Shown piece by piece: positions 1-9,161 of a stretch of DNA of 64,000 nt (the first letter of the stretch is position 1; the number at the start of each line of letters is the position of its first letter). The stretch comes from an uncultured bacterium (GTDB lineage: Bacteria > Zixibacteria > MSB-5A5 > CAIYYT01). Under the pieces are notes generated by a model, which saw only the letters and a program-made list of their open reading frames with translations, was not told the origin of the DNA and did not search any database. The DNA is taken from NCBI GenBank assembly GCA_903930455.1, contig CAIYYT010000235.1, positions 771 to 64,770 on the forward strand, given 5' to 3'. The position numbers and the translations under genes were made by a program.

Positions 1-96
1 ATCCGAATGCGGAAGTTTATCTCTGTTCACCCGATGTAGCTGCAGCCAGCGCAATAGTCGGTGTTATCGCTGATCCAAGAAACGGAGGTCGTTAAG

Positions 97-594
97 ATGG
101 GAAAAGTCGTTCTCAAAATTGGTGATGATGTTTCTACCGATATCATTTATCCCGGCAGATTCATGGCGACCGTTTTGCCAACGGAAACGCCGCAGTATGC
201 TTTCGTCGACAATTCCTATTTCAACAAGAAGCTAAAAGCGAACGAAGTGCCCAAGGGGAGCTTTATTATCGCAGGGCGGAACTTCGGCTGCGGATCGTCC
301 CGAGAGCAGGCGGCATCGTGTCTCCACGGTTGGGGACTCATTATCGTAGCAAAGCACTTTGCCAGGATCTTCCTGCAGAATTCCATCAACCTCGGCTTGC
401 CGATGCTTATCTGTCCCGCAATCGAGGCGGATGAGGGTGACGAGATGGAGATCAAGGGCGAAATGATACGCAACGTGACCAAGGGCAAAGAATTTGCGAT
501 CCAGCCGCTCCCCAAAGCACGTCAGGCGATCATTGACGCCGGCGGTTTGATTCCGTATACCCGTGCGCTGCTGATCAAACGGGCGGGAAAATAG
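97..594 (+). CDS. leuD: 3-isopropylmalate dehydratase small subunit-like (aconitase-family swivel domain, LeuD type)
   Basis: A GGAGG RBS at ~83-87 precedes ATG 97 (the ORF track opens earlier, at 61). Motifs GDDVSTDIIYPGRF and GRNFGCGSSREQA are typical of LeuD/homoaconitase small subunits. The upstream partner leuC would lie off-window. Confidence 0.8.
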   Translation: MGKVVLKIGDDVSTDIIYPGRFMATVLPTETPQYAFVDNSYFNKKLKANEVPKGSFIIAGRNFGCGSSREQAASCLHGWGLIIVAKHFARIFLQNSINLGLPMLICPAIEADEGDEMEIKGEMIRNVTKGKEFAIQPLPKARQAIIDAGGLIPYTRALLIKRAGK

Positions 595-610
595 TCTCAT
601 CAGACGAAAT

Positions 611-637
611 GGGGCCTGCCGACGCAGGCCCCTATTT
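611..637 (+). terminator. Rho-independent terminator after the leuD-like gene
   Basis: Perfect 9-bp stem GGGGCCTGC/GCAGGCCCC with a 4-nt loop (cgac), followed by TATTT. Confidence 0.7.
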
Positions 638-711
638 GAATATTCACCCCATCGTGAATCATTTTCGAATTCCCTTGACAACAAAGATGCGTAGGTATAT
701 ATAGTGGGGAT

Positions 712-785
<74 letters not shown>

Positions 786-863
786 TTACAAATTGTCTCC
801 CAAGCACTTAGCGATTTCCCTTCATCTCCAGCACATGGAAAAAACCTTCGGATTTCAAGGAGT

Positions 864-1814
864 GTGGGAATGTTCCATCTCAGACATGTGCAAGGATTGT
901 ACGACTTGGTCGATAAAAAAAACATGGGGCCAAACAATTGGAAAATATACATCGATGCGTTTCTGTTCGGTTGCAAGGTCAACAACCTGACGGAAAACTC
1001 GATCTCAAGCTACGCTGAACGCCTCGGGTATCTCGTGCGGCATCTGACCGAAAAGGGGATTGATATTGAAGACGTCACTAGGGCACATCTGCAGGAATAC
1101 ATCTGCTCGATGATGGTCAAGCTCAGCGACGCCACGGTCAACGGCCGCATTCAGGCGATGCAACGCTTCTGGAACTACCTCACTGAAGAAGGAATCTGGA
1201 CGAAGCCGAACCCGATGCACAAGATCAAACGCGTCAAGGCAGAGAAGAAACTCAAGGAAGTCATCACTGAGGATCAAATTGCCGAGGTAGTCGGGGCCGC
1301 CAACAAGAAGACTTTTGCTGGCCATCGCAACGTCACTATGCTGATGATGTTTTTTGACACGATGATCCGGCGCAACGAACTGATCACGCTGACTATTGAA
1401 AACGTCGACTTAAAGGCAGGTCTGATTCGGGTCTTCGGCAAAGGGCGAAAATGGCGGGAAGTTGCAATGGGCTCGCGCATGACGAAGATTCTGCACTTTT
1501 ATCTGGCACGCTTTCGCAATGGCATCCCAGGTGATCTGGTCTTTTGCACGAAAGATGGAAAGGCGCTTGATAAGGATAATGTCCGGCATATTGTGCATCG
1601 TATGGGACAGAAGGTCGGGATCCACATCCATCCGCATCTGCTCAGACACTCCGCCGCGACCTGGTTTGTACGACATGGTGGCTCTCCTGCAATTCTGCAG
1701 CGAATCATGGGGCATACCAGCCCAGTCGTGACAGCGGGATACACCCACTTGAATAGCCAAGATATGGTCGATGCATACCAGAAGTACAGTCCGGCAAACA
1801 GTGTCAGGATTTGA
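864..1814 (+). CDS. Tyrosine recombinase/integrase (XerC/D-like, phage integrase family)
   Basis: The C-terminal catalytic region reads HLLRHSAATWFVRHGGSPAILQRIMGHTSPVVTAGYTHL (R-H-R-Y type). An N-terminal SAM-like core-binding region is present. It lies immediately 3' of the tRNA. An alternative start is ATG 924. Confidence 0.85.
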   Translation: MGMFHLRHVQGLYDLVDKKNMGPNNWKIYIDAFLFGCKVNNLTENSISSYAERLGYLVRHLTEKGIDIEDVTRAHLQEYICSMMVKLSDATVNGRIQAMQRFWNYLTEEGIWTKPNPMHKIKRVKAEKKLKEVITEDQIAEVVGAANKKTFAGHRNVTMLMMFFDTMIRRNELITLTIENVDLKAGLIRVFGKGRKWREVAMGSRMTKILHFYLARFRNGIPGDLVFCTKDGKALDKDNVRHIVHRMGQKVGIHIHPHLLRHSAATWFVRHGGSPAILQRIMGHTSPVVTAGYTHLNSQDMVDAYQKYSPANSVRI

Positions 1815-2128
1815 TGAATCTCCGGGGTGACTCGGAGTAGCACAGTAACAGTTAGGCGGATGCTGTTTCAATGCGACGCATTGTCGCACAATAACTTATG
1901 GCAACTGATTCAGCCGGTCAGTGATTGTGTCAGAGGGTCTCCAGTTATGATCCTCTCGCGCGACAGGTCCATCGTTTTTCACATCGCGCCGTAAGTGAAT
2001 CTACAATCTGCTGCCTGAAATCACAAGATAGATTACTTGGCACCCGTTCTTTTTTCCTCGCCACCAAGACTCCAGTCATTTCTGGATTGTTGCAGGGATA
2101 CACACTTCTTGAAACAAGAGATATCAAA

Positions 2129-2803
2129 ATGTTGTATGTCTCTCCTGATGAATTTAGTATTCTCAAAGCCAGATGTAGAATCGAAAGACAGATCAGTAAG
2201 AAGTTCTTGTTTCTTTGCTGTTTGACAAGTCTAGACGATTGCGAGGTCACGCGTGTGAGAGTATCCGTTTCCGGAAGCCATTCAACAGGGAAGACTTCAC
2301 TTTGCGAAAACACCAGTGTGCTTCTCGCTGGCAGCTGTCGAAGTGAAGTAGCAATAATCAGAGAAGTTGCCAGAGATCTGATCTCTGCAGGCATACCACT
2401 CAACAAAGACGCTACAACCGATTCGTATGTGATCTACATCAGGATGCAGTTAGAGAGGGAACGAATGACAAGTGCGAGTACAGTGCTCAGTGATCGCTCG
2501 CTGGTCGATCTCCTAGCTTACATAAGGGCGATCAATAACCCAACCATCTCGAAGGACTTCATTGGAATGGTTGAAGAAGTTGTGCGAGTAGAATCAGGCT
2601 ATTTCGATTTATATTGCTATTTGCCAATTGAGTTTCCCTTAATCGAGGACAACACAAGAATTGTAGACTTTGGCTATCAAAAACAGGTCGACAACTGCTT
2701 GAAAGAAATTCTGGAAGGTTTTGGGCTGAAACACGTATCCTTACATGGAAGTCTACAAGAGCGCTGTGCCAATCTTGTAAAACTATTAGCAATTGGCACC
2801 TGA
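2129..2803 (+). CDS. AAA_28/NadR-like P-loop nucleoside kinase-like ATPase
   Basis: Walker A is GSHSTGKTSL. Downstream pattern EVAIIREVARDLISAGIPL...DRSLVDLLAYIRA matches the AAA_28 (NadR ribosylnicotinamide kinase-like) architecture. The ORF extends upstream to 1925 with no clear start. A GTG at 2255 is also possible. Confidence 0.55.
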   Translation: MLYVSPDEFSILKARCRIERQISKKFLFLCCLTSLDDCEVTRVRVSVSGSHSTGKTSLCENTSVLLAGSCRSEVAIIREVARDLISAGIPLNKDATTDSYVIYIRMQLERERMTSASTVLSDRSLVDLLAYIRAINNPTISKDFIGMVEEVVRVESGYFDLYCYLPIEFPLIEDNTRIVDFGYQKQVDNCLKEILEGFGLKHVSLHGSLQERCANLVKLLAIGT

Positions 2804-2924
2804 AGTAATTTGCATCTTGGAAGTCATTCTCTTGCTCCGACTAGGCTTGGGGAAGTAAAAGCTAACTAGTCAATCATTCAAAGTTTTTGCTTGACAGCCA
2901 TAGCTCACTGATTCATAATTACTT

Positions 2925-3521
2925 ATGGTTCTTAGGCCTCAGAACAAGAAAATAGCGGATAGCTCAACTGACATGGTGATTCTGCTGGAAAATACGGATC
3001 CCGGAACCAATGCAGGGAGCGAATCTTGTTCACTTATGACTCACGATCTCTTTCAGAAAAACACACTTAAGATTTATTTTGCTGGTTCAATCCGTGGAGG
3101 TAGGGAGTTTGTCCGAGTCTACGAAACGATCGTAAAGACTCTAGAGAACTTCGGTCATTTTGTTTTGACGAAGCATGTCGCCGACGGTTCACTCTCAGCC
3201 GAAACAGACCACAGCGACCCGGTCGACGTCTATTCACGAGACATGAAATGGCTACGTGCCGCTGATCTGGTTGTTGCGGAAGTTACAGTACCTAGTCTCG
3301 GAGTCGGTTATGAACTCGGAATGGCAACATCTCTAAGAAAACCGACCCTATGCTTGTACCACGAGAGCAAGGATTTGTCAGCACTTTCAAACCTCATACG
3401 CGGAGTGCGAGAACCCGAATTCTCTGTTCGTCTTTACGAATCAGACACGCAGGTCGAGATAATAATCAGTGAGTTCCTTGAATCTTGCTCCGCGGATAAG
3501 GCCGAAACCCCGCCTAAGTGA
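2925..3521 (+). CDS. DNPH1/Rcl-like 2'-deoxynucleoside 5'-phosphate N-hydrolase (nucleoside 2-deoxyribosyltransferase superfamily; MilB/BlsM-like)
   Basis: IYFAGSIRGGREF and VVAEVTVPSLGVGYELGMA...KPTLCLY are near-identical in pattern to DNPH1 (IYFCGSIRGGR...VVAEVTQPSLGVGYELG). An alternative start is ATG 3036 (MTHDLFQK...). Confidence 0.8.
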   Translation: MVLRPQNKKIADSSTDMVILLENTDPGTNAGSESCSLMTHDLFQKNTLKIYFAGSIRGGREFVRVYETIVKTLENFGHFVLTKHVADGSLSAETDHSDPVDVYSRDMKWLRAADLVVAEVTVPSLGVGYELGMATSLRKPTLCLYHESKDLSALSNLIRGVREPEFSVRLYESDTQVEIIISEFLESCSADKAETPPK

Positions 3522-3525
3522 TAGG

Positions 3526-3936
3526 CTACGAATTGCCTCGGGACAATCGAGGCAGGATTTCGGTTTTCAGAAGTGGAGACAAATCATTTCTATTTGAATC
3601 GATATCTGTCCAGATTATTTCTTCGATCTCGCTTTGAGGTGACGAACACCCAATTATCTCGCCTGAATAGGTTACTAGCACCAACTCCGCGGCTTCGGAC
3701 GCGGCTGGTCCCGTGCACGTGCAAAATGGTTTGATAGAGCCCTGATCGACCTCGACGCCTAGCTCTTCATCGATCTCGCGAATCAGACAGGCAAGATCAG
3801 ACTCCCCGAGATTGGGTTTTCCACCTGGCAAAATCAGGTGTTCGCTATTACGTTTTCGGACCAGAAGAATCCTTCGATCTCTTACGACAATGAGGCCAAT
3901 TTTCGTAATTCGCATCCTATTCATGAGTCCTATCAC
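3526..3936 (-). CDS. NUDIX hydrolase
   Basis: Nudix box GGKPNLGESDLACLIREIDEELGVEV (GX5EX7REUXEEXGU). The 4-bp overlap with the upstream gene suggests an operon. Confidence 0.8.
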   Translation of the reverse strand: MIGLMNRMRITKIGLIVVRDRRILLVRKRNSEHLILPGGKPNLGESDLACLIREIDEELGVEVDQGSIKPFCTCTGPAASEAAELVLVTYSGEIIGCSSPQSEIEEIIWTDIDSNRNDLSPLLKTEILPRLSRGNS

Positions 3937-4706
3937 TCGCTAGGAAAATCAATGACGGATTCAAGACAGGAGGCAACTGCATCACCTAATTGACTGTCGA
4001 TATCGTCTTTCCAGCGTACGCTTGGAGACGATTTCATTTCGGCAATCTGTTCATAAGAACGATTGCACACCAACAGCGCGCCCGCTTTCTTTTCTTTCAA
4101 GCTCACTATAACAAAAATCGGGGCACATTCCAACTCGATGCCTAATACGCCGCGGTCACGCCAATAATCGTAGTCAGCAATGCTGAGTGAACTGTAATAT
4201 GAGTTTTTGGTCAAGATCATTCCTCTGTGATACGTATGTCGGGCTGCATCTAGAGAAGCTCCCAATCTTGTCTGAATCTCATTTGATGGGACTGAGGGAT
4301 AGTTTAGTGATACGTATCCCTCCGACGTGCCGTCTTCTCGGACGAAACCAGTAGGGATGACGAAATCTCCAACCCTCATGGTGTCGGAAATTCCCCCAAC
4401 GCTTCCAAGCTTGCAGAATGAATCTACTCCGAGCCCGATTAGTTCATGCACCATAATACTCGTAGCAAGCGGGCCAATTCCGGTGACACCTATGAGAACA
4501 GTTCTACCGCGATAGACAGCTTCATGGATCTCAAATTGGCTGTGAATTCCAAGACATGTCATGCTATCGCAGTGACGGCTTATGATTTGTGCATATCTCG
4601 TGTTGTGGACTAATATGGCACTTGCAGAGTGACGTCCGCTCCTGTCGATTTCGAAATGAAATGGGATATCCTTTTGCACTCTATAATTGTGTCGCGAAAT
4701 CGTCAA
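3933..4706 (-). CDS. PNP_UDP_1 family nucleoside phosphorylase/nucleosidase (purine/uridine phosphorylase or MTA nucleosidase-like)
   Basis: The fold signature VLIGVTGIGP...GSVGGISDTMRVGDFVIPTGFVRED...GIELECAPIF is typical of the PNP/MTAN family. Confidence 0.65.
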   Translation of the reverse strand: MTISRHNYRVQKDIPFHFEIDRSGRHSASAILVHNTRYAQIISRHCDSMTCLGIHSQFEIHEAVYRGRTVLIGVTGIGPLATSIMVHELIGLGVDSFCKLGSVGGISDTMRVGDFVIPTGFVREDGTSEGYVSLNYPSVPSNEIQTRLGASLDAARHTYHRGMILTKNSYYSSLSIADYDYWRDRGVLGIELECAPIFVIVSLKEKKAGALLVCNRSYEQIAEMKSSPSVRWKDDIDSQLGDAVASCLESVIDFPSE

Positions 4707-5313
4707 GTAGGCGCTCCTTCAACTCGTCGCTCGACACCAAACGGTGAGGGACTTCGATTGCACGTGTCTCAATCATACAGACATCGGTGAACATCAATTC
4801 CTCTATGGCAACAAGCCCATTGGTTCTGGCTGATAGACCTGATGTAAGTAGATCAATAACAAAGTCAACTTCAGGCAGGTAAGCAACGGCTTCGGCAGCT
4901 CCTTTGATCTGGATGATACGGCAATCGGTCAACCCTTTTCTCTCAAGATACTCAGAACAAAGATGGGGATATTCCGTGGCAATAGTAGCTCCGTTGGAAA
5001 GAATGTGACTCGAGTTCTCTCGGCAACATAAGGCTATTCGTGACTGGCGCAGCGAAAGTTTCTCAATGATGTTGACATGAGATTTCGATTCACAGATGCA
5101 GTCAAACCCGCACAGTCCATAGTGTACGAATCCTCGGGTGACCATCGCCGGAATATCCCATCCCCTCAAAAGGAACATCCTTGTACGATCCGAAAAGAAT
5201 GTGAGTCGACTGTCCGTGTGATCTAGGTCTAATCCGAGGAGCGTGATGACCGGACCATGGAGCTTACTAGGGTACGATGGAATAGCAACCCTTAGACTAG
5301 TGTTTATCACCAA
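4681..5313 (-). CDS. HisG-like ATP phosphoribosyltransferase-family protein (short form, type IV PRTase)
   Basis: LRVAIPS..., WDIPAMVTRGFVHYGLCGFDCICE and LPEVDFVIDLLTSGLSARTNGLVAI align with the short-form HisG motifs (LKLAIPKG; DVPTYLVHGVADIGFCGTD; DLIVDITETGRTLKENNL). It sits in a non-histidine context. Confidence 0.65.
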   Translation of the reverse strand: MVINTSLRVAIPSYPSKLHGPVITLLGLDLDHTDSRLTFFSDRTRMFLLRGWDIPAMVTRGFVHYGLCGFDCICESKSHVNIIEKLSLRQSRIALCCRENSSHILSNGATIATEYPHLCSEYLERKGLTDCRIIQIKGAAEAVAYLPEVDFVIDLLTSGLSARTNGLVAIEELMFTDVCMIETRAIEVPHRLVSSDELKERLLDDFATQL

Positions 5314-6271
5314 GCTCCTTTCTCAGCTTAGTAGTAAATGCTGTGACTGCGGAAATCTTCTGTTTCCCTCGAAGCCATGTAACAGGCGAATCCACGAACG
5401 GAAAGATAAGCGACAGGGGAACAAGTACCCCAGCTCCAATCAACGTTACGCCAGTCAGCAAAGTGTTTTTCACCGTATCAATTAACACGCTTTTCATTGA
5501 AAGTTTCGACTGGACCAAATCACCGACTTCTCGGTAGTATCCGTCGAACAACTCACTGACTATACGTCCAAGTTCTTGCTGCTGAATTGATCCATTGCTA
5601 AACGCATTCGTGTGTTTAAGGACCTCATCTCTGAATTTCTGGTGGTGCAAATTTAGATCGATAATCTGGTCCGCGCCCAAGACACTGAGCGTAGGCAGCT
5701 TTTGTCCGACAAGGAATTCGGACACCACTCGTTCTTCGATGTTTTGATAGGACCCTAACGATCTTAATCCGAGAAGGCTATCCATTTCGTTGGGATTGTA
5801 GACGACCCTATCGGATTGGAAATACTGCGAAAGAAAGCAGGGCCATAGAGCGTTACGGAAATAGACCATTTCAGTTGTGCTATGGCTAATGCGTTTGTGA
5901 TCTTTGTCTAAGAGATTTGCACGTTCAATCCTCTGTCGGACTGTATCGGTTACAGAGTCATAGAATTGAACATAAGCGTCATTATCGATGGACTGGATCT
6001 CGATGTCATTAGAAAGAACTCTCTTAGTCGCTTTAAGGATGCCAAGCCCCGGATATTGCCAAAGGACAATTCTTCTGGCTTCGATGAGAGGATTGAGAGT
6101 CCCAATAATTCTCTTCCTTGCATCTTTAGGTATTCCAGGTGCTAACTGCAACGATGCAGGCACAAGCACAACGTCGGCAAACGTCACAACGCTTTGCAGA
6201 ATTCTTTCATACTCATTTAAGCCGATGTAAGCAGTATCTGCCAAGAGTATTTTGAAGGGGGCTTTCGTCAC
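5297..6271 (-). CDS. Hypothetical protein with hydrophobic C-terminal segment, co-operonic with the nucleotide enzymes
   Basis: A 324-aa ORF with no motif recognised. The C-terminal TLLTGVTLIGAGVLVPLSLIFPF looks like a membrane anchor. Start and stop overlap the neighbouring genes. Confidence 0.5.
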   Translation of the reverse strand: MTKAPFKILLADTAYIGLNEYERILQSVVTFADVVLVPASLQLAPGIPKDARKRIIGTLNPLIEARRIVLWQYPGLGILKATKRVLSNDIEIQSIDNDAYVQFYDSVTDTVRQRIERANLLDKDHKRISHSTTEMVYFRNALWPCFLSQYFQSDRVVYNPNEMDSLLGLRSLGSYQNIEERVVSEFLVGQKLPTLSVLGADQIIDLNLHHQKFRDEVLKHTNAFSNGSIQQQELGRIVSELFDGYYREVGDLVQSKLSMKSVLIDTVKNTLLTGVTLIGAGVLVPLSLIFPFVDSPVTWLRGKQKISAVTAFTTKLRKELGDKH

Positions 6272-6897
6272 TTCTCTCCCAAACGCATCCTTACGTAGGC
6301 CAGGTCATGCTGATAAATGTGGTAGTCCCCAACAACATGAGAGTAGTTTCCAGGCGTGAGACGGAGCCGTGTTGCTTCCTGCCTCAGCAAACGACTAAAT
6401 GCTATCATATCCGGATAGGCCGAATTCCAAGCATCATTACTTCGAAGATAGACCGAAAGGTGCAGTGTTTTCCCTTCGCGTATGAAATGGCAATATATCA
6501 TTCCAGGTGGCTCGCTCGACCTGAAATCTGTTGCCGGATTCCAGAAAACAAGAATTGCTCGTCGTGTTGAAGGATTGTCACTTAATTCCCTTCGAACCCA
6601 ATCTAGTTGTGACAAGGAATCATCAGCTTCGGAAAGCATTCGGTCTCTCAGAATATGTACGTTAGGGCCGCCTCGACAAACATGATCAGAGTATTGGTCC
6701 AAGTACTCGGAACCCCACACGGAGAGCCTCGATTGCTCAAGGTGATCCTGGAGTTTATTTATCAGAAGACACAGGTTTAGAATTCGGGTAGTCAGCATGC
6801 CTGATGGAGCTGCCGAATATCGTCCAGAACTTGCAGCCAACATGCCGATACTCTTCTCCCACACGCGCGCAATACTATTACCCTTGATGACTTTCAC
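6268..6897 (-). CDS. Thymidylate synthase-family protein, short form (dUMP/dCMP/CMP hydroxymethylase-like)
   Basis: RRAILVFWNP (compare RRIIVSAWNV), MIYCHF (catalytic Cys-His), SVYLRSNDAWNSAYPDMIAFSRLL (compare [21 protein letters not shown]) and GDYHIYQHD (compare GDAHIY). At 209 aa it is shorter than ThyA by a truncated N-terminus. Confidence 0.75.
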   Translation of the reverse strand: MKVIKGNSIARVWEKSIGMLAASSGRYSAAPSGMLTTRILNLCLLINKLQDHLEQSRLSVWGSEYLDQYSDHVCRGGPNVHILRDRMLSEADDSLSQLDWVRRELSDNPSTRRAILVFWNPATDFRSSEPPGMIYCHFIREGKTLHLSVYLRSNDAWNSAYPDMIAFSRLLRQEATRLRLTPGNYSHVVGDYHIYQHDLAYVRMRLGEK

Positions 6898-7067
6898 TTA
6901 ACCCAAATCCTTTGTGGAATGCCATTCATTTTATTGGGCCTTTCTTTCGATGAAACTACTTTGGAGCATCTCAAAAATCAAGGACTTTCATGAGTGATTC
7001 TGAGGCAGGTGCGAAATCTCATGGCGACTTGATCCCGATTCCTTCATCGAACAGTCGCCCATTACGC

Positions 7068-7460
7068 TCAGGTGGTCATAGACGCCTTGGATTCTACCAT
7101 ACTTCCAGGAGCCCCTTGCTGCCGCGCTGAATAAGCTTCGGATCTTTATTCAGCTTGATCATCAAAGCCTCAACTGAGTCAATAACGGCGTGGTGCACGA
7201 CTGTTACCCATGTTCTGAGGTCCTGGTGAATCAGAATGTTCTTAGGAGCGGAGAGCGCGTCAGCCTAGCCAGTCATCTTCTCCGCTGCCCATTTCTTCAA
7301 GAAAACCGGCTGGACTGTCAGAAATCGGCAACAGCCCAAGTGCACGCTGCAATCGGAATACCAATATACATGTGACAGGTCCGGAATGGGTTTGGGTCAA
7401 CGACGAAGAACTCGCGCCTGACTTTCGCAAACCATCCAAAACTCTTTACTTCTTCAACAG
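7068..7460 (-). pseudogene. Degenerate tandem copy of the 3' part of the 7732-8241 gene
   Basis: Nucleotides 7068-7460 align by eye with 7729-8100. Shared strings include ccaggaNcccttgct, ggtcctggtg and ctttacttcttcaa. The frame is broken by in-frame stops, and no long ORF survives. Confidence 0.55.
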
Positions 7461-7731
7461 ACAACGAGCATTCACCCAGAATGCGAGCCTCTTGTAGCCT
7501 CTTCTAGATGTCTGAAAGCACACTCTGGGCTTGACTTGATACGTGGTCGACAAGCATCGGCCGCAGGGGTCATCAAGAGAAGCAGCGTCTAAAATGTATT
7601 CAACCTCTTATCGGCTGCTCAGCGACATTTTACCGAAACCCGTCAATCAATCATTGACATAGCAGTTCCTTGCGACATGGTCATTTGCATTAAGGCATTA
7701 ATTTTGATTCTAGAATCGGTCATGACGGTTC

Positions 7732-8241
7732 TTACCATACCTCCAGGAACCCCTTGCTTCCACGTTGTAGGAGCTTCGGATCCATGCTCAAGTTCTTCAG
7801 CAGCGCATCTACCGAGTCGACGACGCAATGGTGAACGACCGTGACCCAGGCTCGCAGGTCCTGGTGCACCAAGATATTCTGCGGCGCGGACAACGCGTCG
7901 GCAGCTCCCGTCAGTTTCGCAGACGCCCATTTCTTCAGAAACCCCGGCTCGACTGTGAGGAACCGGCAGCAGTCTAAGTGACTGCCGTAGTCGCGAACAC
8001 CTATGTACATGTGGTAGTCGTGAAACTGGTCAAGACTCACGATGAGGAACTCGCGCCGAACTTTGGCAAAGAACCCCGAGCTCTTTACTTCTTCAAGTTC
8101 CCACGTGCAGCCACCTGGGAAATTCGATGCTGAAAGCCTAGCCTTGATGTGGTCCAAAAGCCAACGACCGTTTCCGGCAGCGTTGTCGACGATCATACTC
8201 CACTCGTTGAGAATTGATTCTTCCTTCAATGTGACGGCCAT
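7732..8241 (-). CDS. Hypothetical protein (169 aa)
   Basis: Intact ORF. A decayed paralogous fragment lies immediately downstream. No recognisable domain. Confidence 0.5.
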   Translation of the reverse strand: MAVTLKEESILNEWSMIVDNAAGNGRWLLDHIKARLSASNFPGGCTWELEEVKSSGFFAKVRREFLIVSLDQFHDYHMYIGVRDYGSHLDCCRFLTVEPGFLKKWASAKLTGAADALSAPQNILVHQDLRAWVTVVHHCVVDSVDALLKNLSMDPKLLQRGSKGFLEVW

Positions 8242-8276
8242 TTGCTTTCCTCTCCCTAGCCCTTAACGTATGGTGG

Positions 8277-9161
8277 TTACCCGATGCGGTAAGTCGTGTT
8301 GTCCTCTGAATCAATCGACTTCCAAATCGGGGTGAATACAATGTCCGGTGTGATTTTGTCCTCCGTCGTTACCCAGAGGAATCGTTTTGCTTTTGGTGGA
8401 ACGTCCATCTCTGTTGATGCTCGCCTGATGTTCTGCAACCTCGCTTGCGTTGGCGTGACGATGAGCGTCCGGAAGCCCTTGAATCCCTCAACGGCAAAGT
8501 CCCTCGCGTAACGTTGGTACTTGCCATCCACAAGATAGCTGGCGTAGAAACGTAGGCACTTCAGTACGCCCTTCCTGGGATCGGCCACGACCTCAGTTCC
8601 TCGGTCAATTTCCAAGAAGAATAGAGCCGCTCTTCCATCCTTTTCCAAGGCAAAGACGCCATCTGGCGTGTGTGATACCTGTTCACGCTCATTTGCAACA
8701 TCGCAGATCACATCCTTGATGTACTTCATCACCCCACCCTTCTCGGTTTTCTCACCGTAGTAGTCGGGGATGAATCCGACCAGACGGACCGGAGACTTCT
8801 CGCAGGCCTGCCGCACCGCAATCCGGAAATCATTGATGGCAAGGAAGTGGCGCATGAAGTAGTAGTCCTTCGGCTTCTCCTTGGCCTCATTCCACTTCAG
8901 GTCATTACGGTCAACGCCCAGTGCGCCCGCTACCACTTCGAGTCCCTTCGCCGTCAAGCTGAAGATACCCTCATCGATATTCGCGACATTGAACCCGCTG
9001 ATGCACCCGTCGCGTTTGAGAACTTTGGTCCGTCGGTACGCTGTCTGGAGTGACGGGAAGTGCAAACGCTGGACTTGGCTGATCGTCAGGTAGCGGTGCT
9101 TGTAGATATCGACCAGCAACGCGACGTCTCGCTTCATCATCTTGACGACACCGGCGGTCAT
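8277..9161 (-). CDS. Replication-relaxation (Replic_Relax) family protein
   Basis: An N-terminal wHTH-like region and the hallmark FLEIDRGTE motif. Its ATG overlaps the stop of the upstream ATPase gene (ATGA), indicating translational coupling. Confidence 0.65.
   Translation of the reverse strand: MTAGVVKMMKRDVALLVDIYKHRYLTISQVQRLHFPSLQTAYRRTKVLKRDGCISGFNVANIDEGIFSLTAKGLEVVAGALGVDRNDLKWNEAKEKPKDYYFMRHFLAINDFRIAVRQACEKSPVRLVGFIPDYYGEKTEKGGVMKYIKDVICDVANEREQVSHTPDGVFALEKDGRAALFFLEIDRGTEVVADPRKGVLKCLRFYASYLVDGKYQRYARDFAVEGFKGFRTLIVTPTQARLQNIRRASTEMDVPPKAKRFLWVTTEDKITPDIVFTPIWKSIDSEDNTTYRIG

Noticed and set aside
216-684. Minus-strand ORFs 216-515 and 232-684 overlapping leuD
   Set aside because: Antisense shadow ORFs with no motifs. 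They lie entirely within a well-supported plus-strand gene and its terminator.
1005-1889. Several minus-strand ORFs (1005-1325, 1274-1480, 1410-1889, 1499-1843) inside the integrase gene
   Set aside because: They overlap the strongly supported tyrosine recombinase. They have no RBS or domain signal. They are typical GC-skew shadow frames.
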